Counted from the first letter of the stretch, positions 42,894 through 53,218 are shown. The stretch: 64,000 bases of DNA from an uncultured Acidobacteriota bacterium (GCA_963809485.1 CAWEJX010000006.1:64001-128000); one strand, 5' to 3'. Notes: generated by a model from the letters alone, not told the origin. A program made the numbers and translations.

Positions 42894-43685
42894 ATGAATC
42901 GCGATAACTGGGTAAAATCGATGGGCCTGGATGTGGATGGCAACCTGTTCGTCGAAATCGACAACGGGATAAAACTATACGACCTGTGCCTGAATCACCC
43001 CCTGCCTGCTCCTGTGGAGATCCATCCCAGGGACCTGATGAAGACTGAAAACCGGCCGTTATACAATCGCTATCTCACGACCCTCAATGAGATCGCCGGA
43101 GTCATGATCCATCCTTCCTATGATGCGCGCTACCGTTTCCGGGGCGGGGACATCGTCGTGGACGCCGGAGCCCGCATCGGAACCTTTGCGGCCAAAATTT
43201 CCGCAGCCGTCGGCGAGAAAGGCAAAATTATCGCTATCGAGCCTGAACCGCGCAACTTTGCCTGCCTCCTCAAGAACATCAAAGCAAACAATCTGACCAA
43301 TGTTCTTGCGGTCCCCAGGATGCTCTGGAGCCGGGAAGAGCAGCGGGACCTGTACCTTTCAGAGTACACGGCGGCGCACAGCGCCTATTTCGATGAATTC
43401 TATCAATCCACCGGAGAGCACATCTGTGTCGATGCGGACTCGCTGGACCACATCCTGGAAAGCCTGGGCACAGGGCCGGCGGATTTTATCAAGATGGACA
43501 TAGAAGGCGCGGAAATCGAGGCCCTCGCAGGGATGAAAGTCGCGCTTGAAACCGTGGGGCAGATGGCCATCGCCGCCTATCATCCGGTTGATGGAAAGCT
43601 CACTCACAGGGTGATCATGCCCCAGCTCGAGCAACTCGGCTTCAAAACCACCTATTCCGACGGGATAGTGCACGCGCAACGATAA
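42894..43685 (+). CDS. FkbM-family SAM-dependent methyltransferase
   Basis: VVDAGARIG, AIEPEP, FIKMDIEGAEIEAL, AAYH. Confidence 0.88.
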   Translation: MNRDNWVKSMGLDVDGNLFVEIDNGIKLYDLCLNHPLPAPVEIHPRDLMKTENRPLYNRYLTTLNEIAGVMIHPSYDARYRFRGGDIVVDAGARIGTFAAKISAAVGEKGKIIAIEPEPRNFACLLKNIKANNLTNVLAVPRMLWSREEQRDLYLSEYTAAHSAYFDEFYQSTGEHICVDADSLDHILESLGTGPADFIKMDIEGAEIEALAGMKVALETVGQMAIAAYHPVDGKLTHRVIMPQLEQLGFKTTYSDGIVHAQR

Positions 43686-44085
43686 TTACATTGGTAAACC
43701 CCCGGCTCTGACGGGGGACTCAAAGAGTTTGACAGCTCCGTATTTTGAAACGCTGAGAAACGCTGATAAAAGCGCTGACAAACACCGATTTGTTCGGCGA
43801 GGGTCGGCGAGCAAAAGCCGATGAGGCGCTTCCGATGGAGTTTTCTGCGGCGGCACTGTGGCAAGCGTCCGGTTTCTCATACCCTTCATCTGCTTGCCGC
43901 ACGGCGCTTGCCACAGTGCCGCCGCAGAAAACTGTCCAGCGCGGAGCGCTGGCCCCTGCGGGGGATCGGAAGCGCCTCATCGGCTTTTGCCCGCGTAAGT
44001 CAGCGTTCAAGACCGGCGTAACTAGTCCAACCGCTTTAAGCGGTTCAAATCTTTCAAGCCTCAGGCTTTGCCGGAGGTGCCTGAC
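43683..44085 (+). mobile_element. Non-autonomous IS200/IS605-end element, long form, copy D
   Basis: Nearly identical to copy B; fills the gap between two convergent stop codons. Confidence 0.82.
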
Positions 44086-44086
44086 T

Positions 44087-45070
44087 TCAGACGGACTCGA
44101 CGCAGGCCAGAATGGATCTCTTTACCAGAGTCTTGGCGATTTGAACCATATACGCATTCCGTTCCGTCGGGACTGCGGCCTCAACGGCCGCGCGACCTGC
44201 GGCCTCCGCGATCTCCTGGTCAACCTTTTGCCTCAGGATGGCTTTTTCCGCCTTCACGGCGCGATAGGGCTTGACCCAAACCGCATTGAGACAGATTCTG
44301 GCGGCCGTAACCTTTCCGGATGAACTCGAGATCATCGCGGCGCAGTTGACGATGGGGAAGTCGATGGACTTCCGGATGGCGAACTTGAGGAAAGCGCTTT
44401 TTGAGTTCCTGGACGGTTCCGGCACGTGTATCTCGGTGACGATTTCGTCAGGTTCCAGGACAGTGGTTTTTGCCACGTCGACCTGGAAAAGGTTTTCGAC
44501 GTCCAGCACTCTTTTTGAAGTCATTGCCTTCGCGTTAAGCGCGATCAGGGCCGGCGCCGTATCGCTGGGGTGCACGGCATAGCACCCGCCCTCGACGCTC
44601 CCGCCGAAGATGGAGTGGTAGCGGTTGTCCCCTTCGATGGCATAGCATCTCCCGCCTCCTTTTCTGAGGCAGGGGAACCGGTTGTTGGGGTTCCTGTAGT
44701 ACCAGCACCGGATGTCCTGGCAGAGGTTGCCGCCGAGCGTTCCCATTTCCCTCAGGTGCGGGGAAGCCGTGCGGCCGGCCGCCTGAGCCAGCGCCGCATA
44801 TTTTTCCCGGATCAGGGGCTCTCTTCCGATATCCTCCAGCCGCGTCAGGGCTCCGATCCTCAGCACGCCGGCTTCCTCTTTGAGGAAATCAAGGCCCGGA
44901 ATGGTCTTAATGTCTATGAGGGCTTCGGGATACCTGGGAAGTATTTCGTCCTTCATCTTTCCCAGTAGATCGGTGCCGCCCGCGATGAAGCAGGCCCGGT
45001 CCCCATATCTGCTGAGAGCCGCAACGGCCTCATCGACCGTCCGGGCATTGATATGCGTGAACTTTCTCAT
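44087..45070 (-). CDS. Molybdenum hydroxylase FAD subunit with [4Fe-4S] insert (second paralogue)
   Basis: AGGTDLL, GTLGGNLCQDIRCWYYR..C..C..HSIFG..C..PSDTAPAL, RKSIDF. Confidence 0.9.
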   Translation of the reverse strand: MRKFTHINARTVDEAVAALSRYGDRACFIAGGTDLLGKMKDEILPRYPEALIDIKTIPGLDFLKEEAGVLRIGALTRLEDIGREPLIREKYAALAQAAGRTASPHLREMGTLGGNLCQDIRCWYYRNPNNRFPCLRKGGGRCYAIEGDNRYHSIFGGSVEGGCYAVHPSDTAPALIALNAKAMTSKRVLDVENLFQVDVAKTTVLEPDEIVTEIHVPEPSRNSKSAFLKFAIRKSIDFPIVNCAAMISSSSGKVTAARICLNAVWVKPYRAVKAEKAILRQKVDQEIAEAAGRAAVEAAVPTERNAYMVQIAKTLVKRSILACVESV

Positions 45071-45131
45071 AATCGTTCTCCTGAAGGCATGGTCGGCTCG
45101 AGCCCTCATTCGAGCTCATGCGTTGCATGCT

Positions 45132-47569
45132 CTATGTTTTGCCAAGGGCTTGAGAACCCTCTCGGGCGTGACCGGAAAGGTATCAATCCACACACCGATG
45201 GCGTTGTGGACCGCGGGCATGATAAGTGCCGGGACGACTGTCGCCACGTCTTCGCCGATTCCAATGGCGCCGTAGGGGCCGTAGCCCATGCCGGTTTCAA
45301 CGAGAATCGTATCCACCGATCCGATATCGAGAGTCGTGGCTATTTTGTAATCGAGGAGGTTGCCGTTGAGCATGACGCCGGTCACGGGATCGTGGATCAC
45401 CTCTTCGCTTTTGCCCCTGCCCACTCCCATGTAGGTGCCGCCGTATTGCTGCCCTTCGCAGCCCTCCCAGCTGATCACCTTTCCCACATCGTTGACGTTC
45501 ACCACCCTGGTGACTTCGACTTCTCCGGTCTCCGTATCCACTTCCACTTCCATGAAATGGGCCTGCCTGCAGAGCCGGAGCCGTGTGCCCGAATAGGCGC
45601 CCTGCTGGACCTGCCAGGAGTAGGCAAACAGGGGATCGGTGAAATTGCTCCGCTGGGCGCCCTTTCCCATTTCGGGCTGGGCGATCATCGGGCCTTCCAA
45701 CCCGGCGGCGCCGACAAACTGCCCGATGGTCATCTTCATGGAAGGATCCTCTTCACGAAGACGACGCTGTCTTTGATGTCCAGGTCCTCGGGCTTGTAGC
45801 CCGGAAAAGCGGGCGGGAAGCTGCCCCTCGATGTCACGCCGCGAGGCCCGATCGCCGCCTCCAGTATCTTCTGCTTCAGCAGCCTGGCCGCATTCCGGAC
45901 GGCGTAGCCGTTCACCGACATGTTTGTGGACGAATCGGGAGTCATGGCATAGAAGCCGGCATCGATCTGATTCACAAAATGCACATCCTCGATGCGCATT
46001 CCCAATTCGTCCGCCGCGACCTGGCAGTAGGCGGTTTCGGCATTGAGGCCGCAGTCGGCGCGGGCACGAAAAAATGGTTGCGGTCCCGTCCGTTCTCTCG
46101 ATGCGTATACCTGCTTCGCTCGATCCCGCGGAATCTTCCCATTCATGCGTCCAGGTGAATCCCAAGCCGTGCATCCTGCCGTTGGGCAGTTTCGTCTGCC
46201 CGGCGCATGCCAGTTCCTGTTCCAGCCGATGGCGGCCTTGCCTTTTTCGATGCATTCCCTCAGACTGTCCCGCACCGGGAAACCCATCTCGGCCTTGTGC
46301 TCGTTCAGCCATTCCATGTCGTGGCCTTCGGCTCCGTCGTTTTTCAGGGCAACTTCCGTCGGGTCCAGGCCGAGGACGTCGGCAATGCGGTCGAACACAA
46401 GGGTCAGGTTCATCGCGTTGGTATTCTGCTCGCAGCGCGTGGGCACGTTGATGCCCTTGTTGATCTGGACGGCTGTCAGTTTCCCGTAGATGTTGGGAAT
46501 TTTGGTGTTTTCCAGGAAGTGAGTCACCGTGCCGAAAACAGGGAACCAATGGTTGGAAAGCACGACTCGAGACCTCCACCGCGGTAATGGTGCCGTCCTT
46601 TTTGGCGCCTACCCTGTACCGGTAGACACCTTCATCCATCTCGCCGCCGTAAAAGTCCTCTCTGCGGGTGAAGGTCCATTTGACGGGCCGTCCCGTTCTC
46701 TTGGCCACGACGCCGGCGCAGTAGTGCCCTCCCATGTTCCAGGGCACCTGGCTCCATCCTCCAAAGCTCGCACCCTGGTAGGGCAATGAACCTGTATCCG
46801 GTTCATGGGAATCCGCCGAACCAGGAAGAGAGGACCCGCTTGCTGATATAAGGACGCTGCTGCTTGACCCAGATTTCCGGGCTTTCTCCGTTCCATCTGA
46901 AGACGCCGCATGGGCGTTCCGGCCCGATCCAGGTGTGAAGCAGCCGCCTGCATTCGAACTCGACGATCCTGTCGGCTTCGGCAAATCCCTTTGACAACGT
47001 CTCCATGTTGCTCGACGTCCAGGAATCCTTCGTTGTAGTGATTGCCGCCGGGATACGTCTCGGGATTCACCAGCGGAGCTCCCGGCTTCAATCCCTCTTC
47101 GGCATCGAGAACGAAGGGACGCTCTTCCCATTCCACTTCGATCAGCCGCAGCGCTTCATCGGCGATTGCTTCCGTATCCGCGGCAACGAAGGCGCCGACT
47201 TCCTCGCCCTGAAAGTAGGCGATTCCGGGGAAGCACGGGTATCGCGTTGGGGACGTGGCCGCCGAGGTCGGCCAGCGGCGGCAGTTCCGGGATCGTCGTA
47301 GCGGAGCACTGCTCGGACGCCGGGCAGCGCTTCGGCCTTGCTCGTGTCCATGGATACAATCCGGGCATGGGGATAGGGCGAGGTCAGAAATTTTCCGTGG
47401 AGCATTCCCGGAAGGGCTGATATCCATGGTGTAGACAGCGCCTGGCCGCTCGCCTTTTCGTAGCCGTCGAGCCTGCGGACTCCGCGCCGCCCGATGTGAT
47501 TGTATTCCTTCAGCGGGTACCTGTCGAAGCTGCGATTGTCGAAGAGTTCGAACAATCTTGCTGTTCCAC
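45132..47569 (-). CDS. Molybdenum hydroxylase large (molybdopterin) subunit B, broken by multiple indels
   Basis: Fragments in alternating frames: RRLDGYEKASG, SPYPHARI, QGASFGGW, TRREDF, TRCEQ, EVEVDTETGEV..DVGKVI..GQQYGG..NGNLLDYK..GPYGAIGIGE. Confidence 0.8.
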
Positions 47570-47647
47570 ATCCTCAAGCATCCCGGATCTCCATCCTGGA
47601 TTCGAGATTATTTAAAAGACGGCTGCGGGACAATCTCGAATCAGGAA

Positions 47648-50105
47648 TCAGGCTTTTCCCAATGCCTTCAACACCTTGTCCGGCGTGATCGGGCCGTCGT
47701 CGACCCACTTGCCGATGGCGTTGTAGACGGCGCCATGCAGCAGGTAGGTCGTGATCGTTCCCACGTCTTCGCCGACGCCGATCGACCCGTAGGGGCCGTA
47801 GCCCATGCCGGTCTCGACAATGATCGTGTCTACGGAGCCGATTTCCTGAATGGTGGCGAATTTGTAATCGAGCAGGTTTCCGTTCAGGATGACGCCGGTC
47901 GGCTCATCCCATACATATTCCTCACTGAGGTTTCTGCCGATGCCCATGTAGGTGCCGCCGTACTGCTGTCCTTCCACGGCCTCGGGTGAGATGGCCTTGC
48001 CGACGTCGTTGGCGTTGACAACCCTGGTGACCTCAATTTCACCGGTTTCGGTATCGACCTCGATTTCGCAGAAATGGGCCTGCCGGCAGAGGCGGTGCCG
48101 CCCGGCTCCAGTCCGAACCTGCCCTGGCGGTGCCATGCCCAGACATACACGGGCTCATGGGACGTGTTTTGAATGGCTGCATATTCCCGCGGCAGGATAA
48201 CGCTTCCCTTCAGATCCTTCACCACATCCTTCACGCTTTTTCGGTTCGACGGATCGGCCTTGACGTAGACAAAGCTTTCTTTGACGTCCAGATCGGCGGG
48301 CTTCAGGCCCGGGAAAGCCGGCAGGGATGTCGCGCTCGATCAAATGGCTTGAAGTGGTTGCCAGCTCGAGAAGCTTTTGCTTTGCCAGCTTGGCAATCTT
48401 CTTCATCACGTATCCGTTCGTCGTCAGGTTGCAGGAGCCGTCGGGAGTCATCAGCGGCAGGTAGACGTCATCCTGCTGCCTGAAAAAGACATCTTCAGCG
48501 CGCATGCCCAGCTCTTCCGCAACAATCTGGCAGTAGGCTGTTTCCGCATTCAGGCCGATGTCCGACCGCAGGGCGATGATATTCACCGTTCCGTCGGCCT
48601 GGATCATCAGGCCCGCCGATCCCGCGCCTCGCGTGTCGTCCCATTCCTGGCTCCAGATGAAACCCATGCCGTGCATCCGGCCGTTGGGAAGTTTGCTGGC
48701 GCCCGGCGCATGCCACTTCCCGTCCCAACCGATGGCGTTTTTCCCGGCATCGATGCACTCCCTGAGGCTGTCCCTGTCCGGGAAACCATGGGCGCGCTTG
48801 AATTCGGCGAGTTGCTCCATGTCCTTTCCTTCCACGCCGTCATTCATCAATGCGACTTCGGCGGGATCCATCTCCGAGTTCGGCGGCCACGTGGTTGAAC
48901 ACCTGGGACAGGCAGAAGCACGGCGGAGACTGCTCGCACCGGATGGCCATCGTTGGCCCTTTGTTCACCTGGGCGAGCAATGTTTCGGACTAAATGTTGG
49001 GGATCCTCGTATTTTCCAGGAGGTGGGACGCTCCCTCGAAGGAGCAATTGGCATAAATGCTTTTGATCCGGACGGCGGTGATCGTTCCGTCGCGCCTGGC
49101 TCCGACTCTGTAATCGGATGTCATGACATCCATTTGGCCGAAGGTGAAATCGTCCCTCCGGTTGAAGATCCATTTAACGGGTCTTCCCGTCCGCTTTGCC
49201 ATGAGCGCGCTGACATACTGCGGGACCATGCTGTAGTCCATCCAGTTCCATCCGCCGAACATGGCGCCGTTATAGGGGGAGTGGATCTTGATGTGATTCA
49301 TCGGGATGCCGAACCACTCGTGCATGGTCCATTTGTGTTCATAGGGGTGCTGATGATGGAGCCACAGTTCCACGCACTCCCCTTCCCAGCGGGTGATGCC
49401 GCACAGCATTTCCGCATCAGGGCATCCGTGATAGTGGCGCCGGGCAGTGAATTCGGCGACGACCTCGGCTTCCCGGAAGCCCTTCTCGATGTCGCCGAAA
49501 TGCAGAACCGGCCCGAAACCGAAGGACACCGGCATCTGGTTGCTCAATTCCGATGGAGGCGCCCAGTCCTCCATAATGGTCCCCTTGGGGGCCGAGGACC
49601 ATTGCGGCCGGGCCAGGGCGGCGCCGGGCTTGAGGGCTTCCACCTCATCAAGGACAAATGGGCGCTCCTCCCAATCCACCTCGATCAGGCCCAGGGCCTG
49701 CGCCGCGATGTCTTCGGTATCCGCAACCACCACGGCTCCCAGCGGCTGTCCCTGAAAATAGGCGTACTCGCTGAGGACTTCTTCCTCGGATCCCTGCGTG
49801 CTGGTTATTTTTTTCCCCCGTATTTCCGGATCGTCGTAACGCAAAACGGCCCGCACTCCATACAAAGCCTCAGCTTTGCCTGTGTTCATGCTCCTGATTT
49901 TTGCGTTCGGGTAAGGAGAGGTGAGGAAGCGCGCATAAAGCATTCCCGGAAGCTGGATGTCTCTTGTGTAAATGGCCTGCCCGCTGGCTTTCCGGTACCC
50001 GTCGACGCGGCGAACTCCCCTTTTGCCGATCTCCCGGAAAGTCTCCGGTATGTACCTGTCATGCTCCATCGGATTGCTGGGCATTTCCTCAAACAGCCGG
50101 TCCAT
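47648..50105 (-). CDS. Molybdenum hydroxylase large subunit A, with one in-frame TAG and three frameshifts
   Basis: RRVDGYRKASG, SPYPNAKI, GAMFGGW, IRCEQ, EIEVDTETGEI..DVGKAI..GQQYGG..GPYGSIGVGE..TPDKVLKAL. Confidence 0.82.
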
Positions 50106-50107
50106 GG

Positions 50108-50734
50108 CTACTTTGCCTCCCGCAGCGTTTGGGCCGCTTCCAGGATGGCTTTGGGGTGCTGCGGATAGGTGCCGCAACGGCAAAGGTTGCCTCCCAGCGC
50201 CTCCCGGATTTCCTGTTCTGTCGGATTGAGATTCCGGTCGAGAAGAGCTTTTGCCGTCACCACGAATCCGGGCGTGCAGTAGCCGCACTGCATGCAGTGA
50301 TGCTTGACGTACGCCTCGACCAGCGGATGCCTGGATGCCGCGATGCCTTCTACCGTTTCAATCTGCTTCCCGTTACATTCGATGGCCAGCGTCATGCAGG
50401 AAAGGATGGGGCGGCCGTTCATGATGACGGTGCAGGAGCCGCAGGCTCCGCGATCGCACATCAGTTTGGTGCCGGTAAATCCCAACCTGTCGTGGATGAG
50501 GTAATGCAATGTCCAGTCGGGCTCAACCTGAAACCTGTATTTCTGGCCGTTGATTGTGAGGTGAATGGTCCCTTCCGGCTCGGGAAGCGGCTCCCCCTTG
50601 TGCTTATCGATGATGTGGGATTTTATGGCTTCAAACGAGTCGAGAGTATCCAGGCAATACGGGCAGGAATACCTGGCTAAAGCATGGGTTGGCTGGTTCA
50701 CCCGGACTGTCTTTTTCGTAACTTTCTCGGACAT
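50108..50734 (-). CDS. Molybdenum hydroxylase small [2Fe-2S] subunit with N-terminal C2H2 zinc finger
   Basis: YSCPYC-x12-H-x4-H, then GTKLMCDRGACGSCTV, MQCGYCTPG, GNLCRC. Confidence 0.9.
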   Translation of the reverse strand: MSEKVTKKTVRVNQPTHALARYSCPYCLDTLDSFEAIKSHIIDKHKGEPLPEPEGTIHLTINGQKYRFQVEPDWTLHYLIHDRLGFTGTKLMCDRGACGSCTVIMNGRPILSCMTLAIECNGKQIETVEGIAASRHPLVEAYVKHHCMQCGYCTPGFVVTAKALLDRNLNPTEQEIREALGGNLCRCGTYPQHPKAILEAAQTLREAK

Positions 50735-50860
50735 GACTGGTTGCTCCTTCTACAAAGGGGCGATAGGATCGTTTTTCAATAATGCCGCGTGGCTGCTGAA
50801 GCCATCGGCCGGCTGCGCGGTTCGCGCAATTGGGACCTCAGGGATGTGCTTTACCCTTCG

Positions 50861-52102
50861 CTACCGACGGCCGCCGAGCGTTCTGAGGTACACGGACTGC
50901 TCAATACGGCTTTCGTATTCTTTCCGGAAAAAGTTCAGTGTATCCGTAAGCGGCGTTGAAGCTGTCTGCCCCAGGCCGCACAGCGCCGAAAGGGACATAA
51001 CGCTGGCCAGGTCTTCCAGAGCGCCGATATCCTCGCTGGCCCCTTCTCCCCTGGTCAGCCTTCCCAGGATTTCGAGCATCGCCTCCGTGCCGTCCCTGCA
51101 GGGAGTGCATTTGCCGCACGATTCCTCCGCCAGAAACTCCATATTGCGGTACATCAGGTCGATGATGTCCCGTGTCTGATTGAATACCGTGACGGCTCCG
51201 GACCCCAGGATGCTCTCGTAGGAGAGCGGAGTGTCGAGCATCTCCGCAGGGACAGCCCGGCCGCAGGCACCGCCAACCTGTATCATTTTTATATCCCGGG
51301 CGCCTGCCAGATCGACGACCAGTTCTTTAAGTTTGCTCCCCATTTCGAGCTCGTAAACGCCGGGCGATGCCACGTCTCCGCTTACCGAAAAAACCTTGGT
51401 CCCCTTGCTGCGATCTGTCCCCATCTCGCGGAACCACGCGCTGCCGTTGAGGATGATCTGGGGCACATTCATCAGGGTCTCGACATTGTTGATAATTGTG
51501 GGCATACCCCAAAGGCCTTTGGCCGGGGGGAAGGGGGGCTTGTAGCGCGCCTCTCCCCTGAGGCCCTCGATGGAATTCATCAGACCCGATTCTTCGCCGC
51601 ACATATAAGCGCCGGCTCCCTCACGAAGCTCTATGTCCAGATGGTTGAGGAATCCCCGTTCCCTGGCCTGGCGGATGGTGTTGAGGATCAAATCGAACAG
51701 AAAATGGTATTCCGCGCGGAGGTACAGGAATGCTTTCCGGGCTCCGACCGCCCAGCCGGCTATGGCGATCGCCTCAATGAGAGTAAAGGGATCGTTTTCC
51801 AGCAAAAACCTGTCTTTGAAGGTGCCGACCTCACCCTCGTCCGCATTGCAGATGATGTACTTTTCGTCGGCCGCACGCTCCCGGGCGAGCTTCCATTTCA
51901 ACCCGCAGGAGAATCCGGCGCCGCCGCGTCCCAGCAGGCCCGAAGCAATCACTTCCTCGATCACTTTCTCGGGCGTCATCTGCTTCTGCGCTTTCTCCAA
52001 AGCGGCGAAGCCATCATTCTTTAAAAAAGAATTGATGTTTTTGGGATCGATCCGCCCACAGTTTTTAATGATGACCCGTTTTTGCACAGCCATTTCCTCC
52101 AA
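50861..52102 (-). CDS. NuoF-like FMN/NADH-binding subunit
   Basis: SGLLGRGGAGF, CNADEGE, GAGAYMCGEE, NNVET, ESCGKCTPCRDG, LCGLG; no extra C-terminal ferredoxin domain. Confidence 0.92.
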   Translation of the reverse strand: MEEMAVQKRVIIKNCGRIDPKNINSFLKNDGFAALEKAQKQMTPEKVIEEVIASGLLGRGGAGFSCGLKWKLARERAADEKYIICNADEGEVGTFKDRFLLENDPFTLIEAIAIAGWAVGARKAFLYLRAEYHFLFDLILNTIRQARERGFLNHLDIELREGAGAYMCGEESGLMNSIEGLRGEARYKPPFPPAKGLWGMPTIINNVETLMNVPQIILNGSAWFREMGTDRSKGTKVFSVSGDVASPGVYELEMGSKLKELVVDLAGARDIKMIQVGGACGRAVPAEMLDTPLSYESILGSGAVTVFNQTRDIIDLMYRNMEFLAEESCGKCTPCRDGTEAMLEILGRLTRGEGASEDIGALEDLASVMSLSALCGLGQTASTPLTDTLNFFRKEYESRIEQSVYLRTLGGRR

Positions 52103-52111
52103 GGGTGCCCG

Positions 52112-53218
52112 TCAATACTGTTTCAGAATCCTGGATATTTTTTTCGGGGTCAGGTTCCCGTGCACGTCCTGATTCACAAGCATCGCGGGAGCCATGTCGC
52201 AAGCCCCGATGCAGTTGGCCAGCTGCAGAGAAAATTTCCTGTCGCGTGTGGTTTCACCGGGCTTTATGCCAAGCGTATGTTCGATGCTTTGCAGGATCAA
52301 TTGCGAGCCCTGCAGATAGCAGGGGATGCTTTTGCAGACCCTGATGACGTTTTTCCCGACCGGTTGGGTGGAGAGATAGGAATAGAAGGTGGAAACCCCG
52401 TAAACATCGCTGACGGAGAGATTCAGGGCGTCGGCCGTTTTTGCCATGAATTTCGGTGAAACATGACGGGACGATTCCTGAGCCTTCTTGAGCATGGGGA
52501 GCAGTTCACTGCATTTCTTATCCTGGGGACTGGGCCGGGGCTCGATCGACGCCATTTTCCTGCCTCTCTTTTTGTCCTCCGGATGCCTGGCTTTGGTGAG
52601 CGCGCTGGTTGGACAATACTCCACGCAGAGGTAGCAGTCTTTGCAGACCTCCTTATTCAAAGGAATGTCATTGTCGACGATGACCTTCGAGTTGAAGGCC
52701 CTGTATCCGTTGCTGTAGATCCTCTTCCCTGCCAGTTCATTGCACGCGGCGATGCACCGGGAACACAGGATGCATTTGGACAAATCGCGGTGAATGTATG
52801 GACTTACATCCTCGACCGGGTAAAAACGCGGCCTTTTGACGCTGAACCTGGGAGGACCCATCTCCAAATCGGAAGAAACCTTGTGCAGGCTGCAGTTCAC
52901 GGCCCACTGATCCATCACACAGGGCCCCGTGTGGCCGGCCAGAAGAAGCTCCAGAGTGGCTTTGCGCGCCGATATCACTTTGGGAGACCGGGTGTGCAGC
53001 ACCATTCCCTCCGCGATCGGTGTGTGACAGGACGCGACCAGACGGTTGGATTTTTCGAGTTCCACGACGCAGATGCGGCAGGACCCTGTCGGAGTCAAAT
53101 CACGGTGATGGCAGAGCGTGGGAATGCTGATTCCGGCCTTTTCGGCGGCCTCAAGTATCGTCATTCCTTCGTGCCCTTCGACTTCTTTGTCGTCTATTCG
53201 GAGTTTTATGGATTCCAT
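52112..53218 (-). CDS. Fusion of a NuoG/HydA-type N-terminal Fe-S relay with a NuoE-type [2Fe-2S] domain
   Basis: IPTLCH..GSCRICVVE..ASC; CILCSRCIAAC; CKDCYLCVEYCP; then VYGVSTFYS..CKSIPC..NCIGACDMAP. Confidence 0.88.
   Translation of the reverse strand: MESIKLRIDDKEVEGHEGMTILEAAEKAGISIPTLCHHRDLTPTGSCRICVVELEKSNRLVASCHTPIAEGMVLHTRSPKVISARKATLELLLAGHTGPCVMDQWAVNCSLHKVSSDLEMGPPRFSVKRPRFYPVEDVSPYIHRDLSKCILCSRCIAACNELAGKRIYSNGYRAFNSKVIVDNDIPLNKEVCKDCYLCVEYCPTSALTKARHPEDKKRGRKMASIEPRPSPQDKKCSELLPMLKKAQESSRHVSPKFMAKTADALNLSVSDVYGVSTFYSYLSTQPVGKNVIRVCKSIPCYLQGSQLILQSIEHTLGIKPGETTRDRKFSLQLANCIGACDMAPAMLVNQDVHGNLTPKKISRILKQY

Noticed and set aside
45132-48900. Frameshifts in both Mo large subunits as recoding or true decay
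   Set aside because: Same indel pattern as the pth-prs region, no consistent slippery sites, and flanking subunits are intact; treated as probable sequencing error pending reads.
39885-53218. Selenocysteine in the Mo-hydroxylase or Nuo-like genes
   Set aside because: I found no in-frame TGA at a Cys-equivalent position and no selenium accessory genes in the window.
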